From contig OY759675.1 of NCBI GenBank assembly GCA_963662515.1, forward strand, positions 965,473 to 1,029,472: 64,000 nucleotides of DNA, in the 5' to 3' direction. The notes beneath the pieces were generated by a model. It was not told where the DNA came from and did not search any database. It saw nothing but the letters and a program-made list of their open reading frames with translations. Positions 42,221 through 50,304 of the stretch are shown here, one piece after another (the first letter of the stretch is position 1; each line of letters starts with the position of its first letter). The translations under genes and the position numbers were made by a program. The DNA is from Sedimentisphaerales bacterium. GTDB taxonomy: Bacteria; Planctomycetota; Phycisphaerae; Sedimentisphaerales; SM23-30.

Positions 42221-43388
42221 TAGTCAGGTGCCCTTGTTGATCGAAGTTGACTGGCAGAGTACACTGAAAACAGGGCAGAGTATCTGCGGCGATTCAGTAG
42301 TAGCGGTAAAGTCAAAAGAGCAGCAGCGTTATGTGCTGGTTGTTTCTGATGGGCTTGGCAGTGGTGTTAAAGCCAGTATCCTCTCGCAGATGACGGCGAC
42401 TATGGCTGCAAAATTTGTGTCTTCCGATATGGAACTGCCAATTTCTCTGGGGGTTATGATGGATGCTTTGCCCGTCTGTCAGGTACGCAAGATCAGCTAT
42501 GCTACTTTCACTATAGTTGATTCAACGCTGGATGGAGAGACCAGGGTGATAGAAATGGGCAATCCCCCTTTTGTGCTTATTAGAAATGGTGTTGTTGTAC
42601 GCTATGATTCCAGACAGATCAGCTCTCCGGGGTGGTCAGGCAGAAAGATAACAGTTACTAACTTGAAGATAGAACCAGGCGACCGTCTGGTAGTTCTGTC
42701 TGATGGTATAACCCAGGCTGGCCTTGGTACTGTTGCCTGTAAACTGGGATGGCGCAGTAAGGGGTGTGAAGAATATCTCTTAAGTCGCCTGCGGCAAAGC
42801 CCTGATCTGTCAGCCCGGCAGATAGCCTCAGATGTGGTTAAAAAGGCAATAACCTTTGAACCAGGCTTGCTCCCTCATGATGATATGACTTGCGCGGTTA
42901 TGTATTATCGTAAGCCAAGAGAGCTTATGCTGGTGACCGGTCCTCCTTTTCGTGAAAGTAAGGATAAGGAATGGGCTGGCAGATTATATAGCTTTTCTGG
43001 CCGCAAAATAGTGTGCGGTGGCACTACGGCCAATATACTGGCTCGTGAATTAGGAGCTAAAATAAAAACTGGCCTTAAGCCTGCCGGCGGTTTGCCTGCA
43101 ATGTCTGAAATGGATGGTGTTAACCTGGTGACTGAGGGCATATTAACTCTTACCCGGGTGGTTACACTGCTCGAAAACAATGAGTCTGATAACTCTGCGG
43201 CTGCTGTTATAGTCGAAGAGTTGAAAAATCATGATATTATTTATATTTGTGTTGGTACAAGGGTTAATGAGGCTCATCAGGACCCGACTTTGCCGGCTGA
43301 ATTGGATATAAGGCGTAATATTATTAAGAGAATGAAACAAATACTGGAAGATAAGTATCTTAAGGAAGTGGAAGTAGATTATCTTTGA
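42213..43388 (+). CDS. PP2C/SpoIIE-family serine/threonine phosphatase (HfsC-like)
   Basis: VVSDGLGSGVKAS, LVVLSDGIT and HDDMTCAV metal-binding motifs. ATG 42213 overlaps the hydS stop by 8 nt. Extra ~150-aa C-terminal domain. Confidence 0.8.
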   Translation: MDNSQVPLLIEVDWQSTLKTGQSICGDSVVAVKSKEQQRYVLVVSDGLGSGVKASILSQMTATMAAKFVSSDMELPISLGVMMDALPVCQVRKISYATFTIVDSTLDGETRVIEMGNPPFVLIRNGVVVRYDSRQISSPGWSGRKITVTNLKIEPGDRLVVLSDGITQAGLGTVACKLGWRSKGCEEYLLSRLRQSPDLSARQIASDVVKKAITFEPGLLPHDDMTCAVMYYRKPRELMLVTGPPFRESKDKEWAGRLYSFSGRKIVCGGTTANILARELGAKIKTGLKPAGGLPAMSEMDGVNLVTEGILTLTRVVTLLENNESDNSAAAVIVEELKNHDIIYICVGTRVNEAHQDPTLPAELDIRRNIIKRMKQILEDKYLKEVEVDYL

Positions 43389-43400
43389 AAGGCTCAGATA

Positions 43401-43655
43401 ATGATAACGGTTGAAATATGTATGGGAACTACCTGTTTTGTTTTAGGTGGAGATAGTTTTTCTGATTTTGAGGAGAAACTACCTGTTGAAATGGTCGGTA
43501 AGGTTGAGATAGTTGCCGGGCGATGTCTTGGATTATGCCGGGGTGGTAAGTTTGAAGGTGCGCCTTATGTGAAAATTAATGGTGTGCCAGTTGGTAATTC
43601 AACACCTTCGCTGGTCCTGGATATATTGCATGAGATGATGAGAGGTGAGGAATAA
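43401..43655 (+). CDS. second small thioredoxin-like [2Fe-2S] ferredoxin
   Basis: 84 aa. ICMGTTC...GRCLGLC, paralogous to the protein at 40236-40505. 3-nt gap to the next gene. Confidence 0.7.
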   Translation: MITVEICMGTTCFVLGGDSFSDFEEKLPVEMVGKVEIVAGRCLGLCRGGKFEGAPYVKINGVPVGNSTPSLVLDILHEMMRGEE

Positions 43656-43658
43656 GCA

Positions 43659-45089
43659 ATGTCAGAGCGAATATTTCATAACGCCAAAAGGATATGTCGC
43701 GAGATACTTGTGCGTCTGGTGCGGGGTCATCTTTCTGGGAATCTGGCAGAAAAGATCGACCGCATACCTCTGGATATGAGACCATCACAAGACCCGGTTA
43801 CCCGCTGTTGCATTTATAAAGACAGGGCTGTGATCAAGTATCGCTGTATGGCATCTTTGGGTATGGCAGTTGAAACAGAAACCGATGAGCTAACCTCTCT
43901 GGCTGAGTATTATCAGCGGGCCAGTGCTGGTGGGTTAAGTTCTGGTGAATATATGACTGTATTGCAGGTTGCGTGCAGTTCCTGTGTCCGCTCTGGTTAT
44001 AGTGTGTCAAATGGCTGTCGCGGCTGTGTGGCTCGCCCTTGTGTTTCTGTGTGCCCCAAAAATGCAGTAGCAGTTATAAAGGGTCAGGCCCATATAGATC
44101 AGGATCTGTGTATAAAATGTGGAAAGTGTCTGGAGGCCTGCCCGTTCCATGCCATAGTCTGGATGCCGGTGCCTTGTGAAGAAAGTTGTCCGGTAAAGGC
44201 TGTATATCAGGATGAGCAGGGGAGGAGGGTTATTGATAAGGATAAATGTATTTATTGTGGTAAGTGTATTGTCGCTTGTCCCTTTGGTGCAATAATGGAG
44301 TGTTCCAGATTGCTCGATGTTATCAATGCAATAAAATCAGGCCGTCATGTAACGGCTTTGCCGGCTCCGGCCATTGAAGGACAGTTTCCTGCCAATTGGC
44401 AACAGATGGAGATGGCACTAAAAAAACTTGGATTTTCTGATGTCTTGCAGGTAGCCTGGGGCGCAGAAATGACAATTGCACATGAGGCCGCAGAGTTAGC
44501 AGAAAAACTTGACAGCGGCCAGACACTGATGACCACCTCTTGTTGTCCTGCTTTCGTGCAGTTCGCCAGGAAGCATTCTCCAGCAATTGAGCCCTTTGTT
44601 TCGCATACGCCCAGCCCGATGATATATGCCGGTAAGTTAGCAAAGCAAAAAGAGCCAGACACGCTGACTGTTTTTATCGGCCCATGTCTGGCCAAGCGGG
44701 TTGAAGCTCAGGCCAGTGACCAGATAGATTTTGTTGTATCTTTTGAAGAGCTGGGTGCCTGGCTGGTTGCCGCTGAGATATTCCCAGATGAGCTGGAGCC
44801 AGATTTTTATGGTGAAATGCCTTCAGGGCCTGCCAGAGGCTTTGCTCTGAGTGGGGGCGTAGCTGATGCTGTTTCACTTTGTTACAATGGGAATACCCCT
44901 TTGAAAAAGTCTTGTATTGATGGTATTGACCGTAAAGCGGCAGCTATATTGAAAAATCCCCACAAGGCTGTAAAAGATAATTTCCTGGAGGTTATGTCTT
45001 GTAAAGGCGGCTGTGTGGGTGGACCGACTGCTTTGCAGTCAGTCCAAAAGGCTGCAAGTCAGGTTAAAAAGGCTATTAGTGGGTTCTGA
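43659..45089 (+). CDS. [FeFe] hydrogenase, catalytic-type large subunit with N-terminal Fe-S domains (HfsD / group B-like)
   Basis: H-cluster motifs TTSCCPAF, IGPCLAKRVE and VMSCKGGCVGGP. Several CxxCxxCxxxCP ferredoxin motifs. Confidence 0.85.
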   Translation: MSERIFHNAKRICREILVRLVRGHLSGNLAEKIDRIPLDMRPSQDPVTRCCIYKDRAVIKYRCMASLGMAVETETDELTSLAEYYQRASAGGLSSGEYMTVLQVACSSCVRSGYSVSNGCRGCVARPCVSVCPKNAVAVIKGQAHIDQDLCIKCGKCLEACPFHAIVWMPVPCEESCPVKAVYQDEQGRRVIDKDKCIYCGKCIVACPFGAIMECSRLLDVINAIKSGRHVTALPAPAIEGQFPANWQQMEMALKKLGFSDVLQVAWGAEMTIAHEAAELAEKLDSGQTLMTTSCCPAFVQFARKHSPAIEPFVSHTPSPMIYAGKLAKQKEPDTLTVFIGPCLAKRVEAQASDQIDFVVSFEELGAWLVAAEIFPDELEPDFYGEMPSGPARGFALSGGVADAVSLCYNGNTPLKKSCIDGIDRKAAAILKNPHKAVKDNFLEVMSCKGGCVGGPTALQSVQKAASQVKKAISGF

Positions 45090-45139
45090 TACTATATTCT
45101 ATTTGCAGTTGCTGCTATGTCAAAGGTGCGATAAAACTC

Positions 45140-45168
45140 TTGACAAAAGGCAGGGCTTAATTGATAAT
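45140..45168 (+). promoter_or_regulatory. sigma70-like promoter upstream of rex
   Basis: TTGACA (45140-45145), 17 nt spacer, GATAAT (45163-45168). Confidence 0.5.
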
Positions 45169-45274
45169 ATTGTATCGATAATTGTAATGTCAATATGGCT
45201 CAATAATTTTGAAAGTTGTATATTTTTTTTACAACTTATTGTGAGCTATAGTTTTAACTGAAAATGAGGTTCTG

Positions 45275-45922
45275 ATGCCAGATAAGAAACGCCTGACCAA
45301 ACTGCCTACCATAAGGAGAATGCCGATGTATCTTCGTATGTTGGGGAAGGTTCGCAAGGACGGCATGGAGCATGTATCGTCTAATTTTCTGGCAGAAGCC
45401 CTGGATCTTGAGGCTATAGTAGTTCGCAAGGATCTGGCGGTCGCCGGGATACTTGGTAAGCCCAGAGTTGGTTTCGAGGTTCAGACTGCCATAGAGGCTA
45501 TAGAAAGATTTATGAATTTTAATAGCCCTACTGATGCAGTGTTGGTAGGTGCCGGTCATTTGGGTTGTGCCTTGTTGGGCTATACCGGCTTTGTAAATCT
45601 GGGCCTTAATATTGTAGCCGCATTTGATAGTGATTCGGGTAAGTCTGGAACTATCCACGACAAGCCGGTGTATCCTTTGACTGAGTTTACTCAGAGATGT
45701 AAGGATATGAAAATCCAGATCGGGATACTCTGTGTGCCGGGCCGGTTTGCTCAGGAAGTGACAGACATGATGGTTCAGGCCGGTATTAAGGGGATCTGGA
45801 ATTTTACACCGCGAAAATTAAATGTACCTCAGGGGGTGGTGGTGCAGCGTGAGGATCTGGCCGAGGGTCTGGCCGAATTGTCGGTTAAGCTAAGTCGTAT
45901 GGCCCAGTTAGCAGAAGAATAA
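45275..45922 (+). CDS. rex: redox-sensing transcriptional repressor Rex
   Basis: N-terminal winged helix with the RMPMYLRML motif. Rossmann GAGHLGCALLGY. 215 aa. Confidence 0.9.
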   Translation: MPDKKRLTKLPTIRRMPMYLRMLGKVRKDGMEHVSSNFLAEALDLEAIVVRKDLAVAGILGKPRVGFEVQTAIEAIERFMNFNSPTDAVLVGAGHLGCALLGYTGFVNLGLNIVAAFDSDSGKSGTIHDKPVYPLTEFTQRCKDMKIQIGILCVPGRFAQEVTDMMVQAGIKGIWNFTPRKLNVPQGVVVQREDLAEGLAELSVKLSRMAQLAEE

Positions 45923-45925
45923 CTC

Positions 45926-47140
45926 GTGGTTGTTGAAAAGCAAAAAACGCACGATCTTTCCCGTCCGGAGGAGATCCGTTATATTTTCTTTCTGGGATTA
46001 CTGGCGACAGTACCGCCTCTGGCCACTGATATGTATTTGGCTGCAATGCCGACTATTGCCAGTCAGTGGTCGGTTAGTGAGCAGCAGGTTAGTCAGTCGC
46101 TGGTTTTGTGGTTTCTCAGCTTTAGTATTTCCTTGTTGGCATGTGGTCCGATAGCAGATAAGGTTGGACGCAGACCGGTTCTGCTTTCAGGTCTGGTATT
46201 ATTTACGGTATCAACTTTTCTTTGTGCCTTTTCTCAGGGACTTGGCCAATTGATCTTTTTCAGGATATTGCAGGGTATTGGGGCATCAGCGCCATCGTCA
46301 ATGTCAATGGCAATTTGTCGAGACAGGTATCAGGGCAGTGTTCGTAAGAATATTCTTGCATATATATCTATTATCTTGTGTATGGCACCCATGGTTGCTC
46401 CGAGTATAGGTGCAGTTTTATTAAAATATTACAATTGGCGTTCGATCTTTATTGCTCAGGGAATTTTATCATTAATAAGCCTGCTGGTATCAATACCATA
46501 CAAGGAAACGCTGGTTGAGCCTTTGAAAACAGGCTGGGTGGGTGCTTTTGCCCGGTATGGTTCACTGGTCAGAAATAGTCGCTATATGTTGTGCAATAGT
46601 GTCATGGGGCTTATCCCCGGTCCATTTTATGGTTATCTGGCATTGTCACCTCTGGCGTATATAAAAATATTTGGTCAGAGTGAATTTACTTTTGCCATAA
46701 TGTTTGCCGTAAATGCCCTGGTGTCTATTGCCGGAGCTTATAGCTGTACCAGGTTCAATCGTTTTATAAATGACCGTCGCCTTATCACTTATTGTCTGTT
46801 TGGCTGTTTAGCTGGTGGTGTGGGTATGATACTTTGGGGTGGGAAGAGTTTTGTCCTTTTTGCAGTCTTTGTTGCTTTGATAACTTATTTTTCTGGTATG
46901 ACCAGACCGTTAAGTAATAATCTTATTCTGGAGCAGGTTAATACCGATATTGGCTCAGCTTCGTCCTTTATCGTGTTTTATCAGATGTTTATTGGCCAGT
47001 TTTGTATGGCGATTACTACCTATAGCTGGTCGGACCAGATATTTTCTTATGGCATACTGGCCAGTGCAGTACCGGTATTAGTATTAGTTGGCTGGCTGGT
47101 ATTTGTTGCCAGGCTTGATACCGCGACTGTCAGGAAATAG
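45926..47140 (+). CDS. MFS transporter (Bcr/CflA drug-resistance subfamily-like)
   Basis: 12 TM pattern. Motif A-like GPIADKVGRRPVL. GTG start 4 nt after the rex stop. Confidence 0.8.
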   Translation: MVVEKQKTHDLSRPEEIRYIFFLGLLATVPPLATDMYLAAMPTIASQWSVSEQQVSQSLVLWFLSFSISLLACGPIADKVGRRPVLLSGLVLFTVSTFLCAFSQGLGQLIFFRILQGIGASAPSSMSMAICRDRYQGSVRKNILAYISIILCMAPMVAPSIGAVLLKYYNWRSIFIAQGILSLISLLVSIPYKETLVEPLKTGWVGAFARYGSLVRNSRYMLCNSVMGLIPGPFYGYLALSPLAYIKIFGQSEFTFAIMFAVNALVSIAGAYSCTRFNRFINDRRLITYCLFGCLAGGVGMILWGGKSFVLFAVFVALITYFSGMTRPLSNNLILEQVNTDIGSASSFIVFYQMFIGQFCMAITTYSWSDQIFSYGILASAVPVLVLVGWLVFVARLDTATVRK

Positions 47141-47149
47141 TGGGGGCTT

Positions 47150-47896
47150 ATGATAAGACTTAATGATTTACATTGGTATCATAATCGTGGTCTTGAGCTG
47201 CTTAATGCCGGTGACTATGAGGGGGCTGCTGAGATATTTTCTCGTCTTACTGAGCTGGACCCGCTTGGCTCTCATTGGTACTATAATTGGGGGTTGGCTC
47301 TTACCTCAATGGGTGAGCATGAGCAGGCCTGTGATAAATATCTCAAGGCCCTTCAGATCAAGGGTGATTATGCTGATGCCTGTTTTAATTGTGCCCGCAG
47401 TATGTTCGATTTGGGGCGGTATTTCCAGGCGGTAAAGATGCTCGAGAAATTACTGGCCCTTGAGCCTGATGCGGTAGAGGGCTGGTATCTGCTGGGTGAC
47501 TGTCTGTGTCAGTTGGGTTTTTATCGTCAGGCTTGCGATAAATATCGTGAGGCTACAGAGCTTGATCCGACTTTGTATTTTGTTTATGTTAATTGGGGAC
47601 TGGCTTTGTTCAATCTGGCTCAGGAAACAGAGGAAGGGCCGGAATATCGGGAATTACTCAGGCAGGAGAAAGAGAAATATTTATTGGCCGAAGAAATTGA
47701 GCCCGGCAGCGGCAGTTATAATCTGGCTTGTGTCTTTTGCCTTGAAGGTGATATCAGACAGTGCCGCAACTGGCTGGAAAAAGCCAGTTATACCGGTCAT
47801 CTCCCTGATTGGGACTATGCCAGTAATGATGAAGACCTGGCAGCAGTAGTAAATAAATCATGGTTCAAAAATCTGCAATGGGCAGCACTGGAATGA
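47150..47896 (+). CDS. TPR repeat protein
   Basis: Repeated W/Y-x-x-G-x-A-L...A/Y...A-L-x-L-x-P 34-residue units. Confidence 0.7.
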   Translation: MIRLNDLHWYHNRGLELLNAGDYEGAAEIFSRLTELDPLGSHWYYNWGLALTSMGEHEQACDKYLKALQIKGDYADACFNCARSMFDLGRYFQAVKMLEKLLALEPDAVEGWYLLGDCLCQLGFYRQACDKYREATELDPTLYFVYVNWGLALFNLAQETEEGPEYRELLRQEKEKYLLAEEIEPGSGSYNLACVFCLEGDIRQCRNWLEKASYTGHLPDWDYASNDEDLAAVVNKSWFKNLQWAALE

Positions 47897-47912
47897 AAGT
47901 ATGGGTGTTTAG

Positions 47913-49139
47913 ATGTCAACTCAAGGTATAGAATTTGAAAGTGATTATGCTGTAATATTTTCTGGCAAGATTAAGAGTTTATTCAGCCTTGACATGAAGT
48001 TTCTTCTGATTGTCCCAGCGTTATTTATAGTTCTGAGTTCTGGATATCTTGCTCCTTTTTTTATTTTTGCAGTAATTCCTGTTTTGTTATTGTGGTTGGC
48101 TAATGTGTTACTATTGTCTGTTTATTATCTGAAGCTTAAAAGAGTAGGCTTAAGCAATTTGTTTTTAGAAGCTGGCAAACCGTTGCTTTTGCTGATGCTT
48201 ATGATATTTACCATACCGTTAGGTAGCATAGGTTTTGCCAGTAGAAGTGACTATACCAAGAGTTACTTCAAAGAAAGTTCAGTAATGTCTGATGTTGCCA
48301 GTGCTCTGGCAAAGTACGCAGAGACTCATAATGGCCAATATCCAGATCCGGAGAGGTGGTGTCAGGAGCTGTGTTTTGATCAGAATCCGATTAGATTTGC
48401 TTCTGAAATGAATGTTGTGCTGAATCCTATGGCTCTGGAGCTTGGAGCTGATAAGCCTGTTGATATGGTTTTGGGTTTTGTCTGTTATAATGGACAATGG
48501 GGTCAGGTTGGTATTTATGATCGGAATGTTCATCTTGTTGGTAAATTGTTTCATTATTTTACTGGCAGATGGCGGGATAAAGTGGTCAGGTCAGATCAGG
48601 CTGAATATTTGAAATGGAATATGGAAAAGAAGCCAAGGGTCGATAGTACGATTAGTGATATTTGCGGAGCTATATTGTTCGGTAGCCTTGTTGTATTGGG
48701 CGGCTATGCAACAGTACGACACAGAAGTCTTTTGAAAAGATGTATTTTTCCCATTTTTGTAATAGGTTCATTATCAACAATATCTGGTGGTTTATTTTGT
48801 TCCTGGGCTACGATGTTATTTGAAGGTGGCAGCGCGCAAAGATTTATGGGACTCCATGGGTTTGGTATGTTTTTAGGTGTATTGTTTTCATGGTGCTTTG
48901 TGCTTTGGATGGCATATTACAGATTAAGGTGTAATTATGAACAATATGCTTACTGGGCGACCTTTTGGGGTGCGATTGCCGGAATTATTTGTTCATGTTA
49001 TCTGCATCTTTTTTTGATGGTGATGTACAATGAGTTGACTTTTTACCCATTGTTGGCAGGTGTGCCGTTCGGTGCCTGGTCAGGTATGCTTCTCGGCTGG
49101 TGGACAGGCAGGATGCTTGATTCCCGGCTAATTAAATAA
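47913..49139 (+). CDS. hypothetical polytopic membrane protein with a pseudopilin-like soluble insert
   Basis: Multiple hydrophobic helices. The central ALAKYAETHNGQYPDPERW resembles the GspG/DUF1559-type motif. Confidence 0.5.
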   Translation: MSTQGIEFESDYAVIFSGKIKSLFSLDMKFLLIVPALFIVLSSGYLAPFFIFAVIPVLLLWLANVLLLSVYYLKLKRVGLSNLFLEAGKPLLLLMLMIFTIPLGSIGFASRSDYTKSYFKESSVMSDVASALAKYAETHNGQYPDPERWCQELCFDQNPIRFASEMNVVLNPMALELGADKPVDMVLGFVCYNGQWGQVGIYDRNVHLVGKLFHYFTGRWRDKVVRSDQAEYLKWNMEKKPRVDSTISDICGAILFGSLVVLGGYATVRHRSLLKRCIFPIFVIGSLSTISGGLFCSWATMLFEGGSAQRFMGLHGFGMFLGVLFSWCFVLWMAYYRLRCNYEQYAYWATFWGAIAGIICSCYLHLFLMVMYNELTFYPLLAGVPFGAWSGMLLGWWTGRMLDSRLIK

Positions 49140-49259
49140 AGGTGCCATGTTGGCAGCGTCCGCCTCAAAAAAAACACCCCGCTTGGTCCTGTTATCAGCA
49201 CAACCATTCGGGGTTTTAGCAAATGAATTTACATATCAGTCAAAAATGACTTATTGCGG

Positions 49260-49508
49260 TTACTTTCCGCTATTGCTGCTGAACAGACTGAAACTGCTGA
49301 CTTTTTCTTTAGCAGCGTTGACACCTGTCCAGACCTTTTCTTCGGCTCTGCCCCAGTCGGCCAGTTCCTGAGCCCGGCTGATGTTCAAAGAGCCGCCCTC
49401 TGTTATGTCAGAGATGAACTGCTTGGTGTCGCCCGGGCTTAATACCCAAAGGGTGCAGAAAACGCCTAGTGCAAAAGCAATAACGAATGTGAACAAAAAT
49501 TTCCTCAC
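49260..49508 (-). CDS. hypothetical small membrane-anchored protein
   Basis: GGAGG lies 5 nt before GTG 49508. N-terminal hydrophobic helix FLFTFVIAFALGVFCTLWVL. The ORF-track start at 49646 is probably too far upstream. Confidence 0.4.
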   Translation of the reverse strand: MRKFLFTFVIAFALGVFCTLWVLSPGDTKQFISDITEGGSLNISRAQELADWGRAEEKVWTGVNAAKEKVSSFSLFSSNSGK

Positions 49509-50276
49509 CTGTACCTCCTGTCTGCAATCGCTTTTTTTGTAACCCTGAATAGCAACTGCCTGAAATCGCACCTGAACGGGGAATCTCCTGGCAGATCTAC
49601 ATGATCTGCTGCCTGTCGGGGCAAAAAACAAGAAACATTCCCGCATCAGTTAAAGTTTTCTCCGAGGATCCTGATTGTTCGGTGTTCTCACCTTAATTCT
49701 CCAATATAACACAGAAATAGTCAAGCTGGGAAATTGATAATAAATAAAATATTTATTTTGAATATTCTATTAAAGTCAGCCATAACGATGATTTGATCTG
49801 AATATGGTCTTATAACTAATTATTACTGTTTCATGTTTTGTAACACAGTGCTAAATAGTATCTTATGTGTTGTTTGTTGTGCTGTCAAAAATACCATTGC
49901 TTATGGCAGTGTCCCATAATATTTTTTTAGGTCCAATAAGAAAATTATCCCCCAGAAAATAAAGAAATTGTTGTCGGTCGGTCGATTGCCTGAGTGTCGC
50001 GTTAAAACGACAGCAAGGAAAAGAAAGAGAACGAGGTAAGGCCAGATGTGATATAGCGGCCGCAGAACCGTGAAGTATCACATGTAAAAAGTAAATATGT
50101 TATGGGTTTTGGGACTCAGCTCAGATCTTTGGTTTTGAGAAGGAGCCAGAGATAGTCGAAAACTCATGTGATAAGCACCCCGGGTATTGCAGGTTCGTCG
50201 GTATTATCTGAAGGCAGAAGTCAGTATAGTACTACACTGAAGCTGTTTGTTACAGCCAGGAAAACGAATAGCAAGC

Positions 50277-50295
50277 CCTCCATTGTGGATGGAGG
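50277..50295 (+). promoter_or_regulatory. hairpin sequestering the fliC Shine-Dalgarno
   Basis: CCTCCAT (50277-50283) - TGTGG - ATGGAGG (50289-50295). The GGAGG lies 9 nt before ATG 50305. Confidence 0.45.
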
Positions 50296-50304
50296 TATAT
50301 TAAG

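Noticed and set aside
49650-50304. Sigma28 (FliA) promoter TAAA-N15-GCCGATAA upstream of fliC.
   Set aside because: Only partial -10-like strings (GTCGAAAA at ~50153, GTCGGTAT at ~50198) without a correctly spaced TAAA. The promoter is left unassigned.
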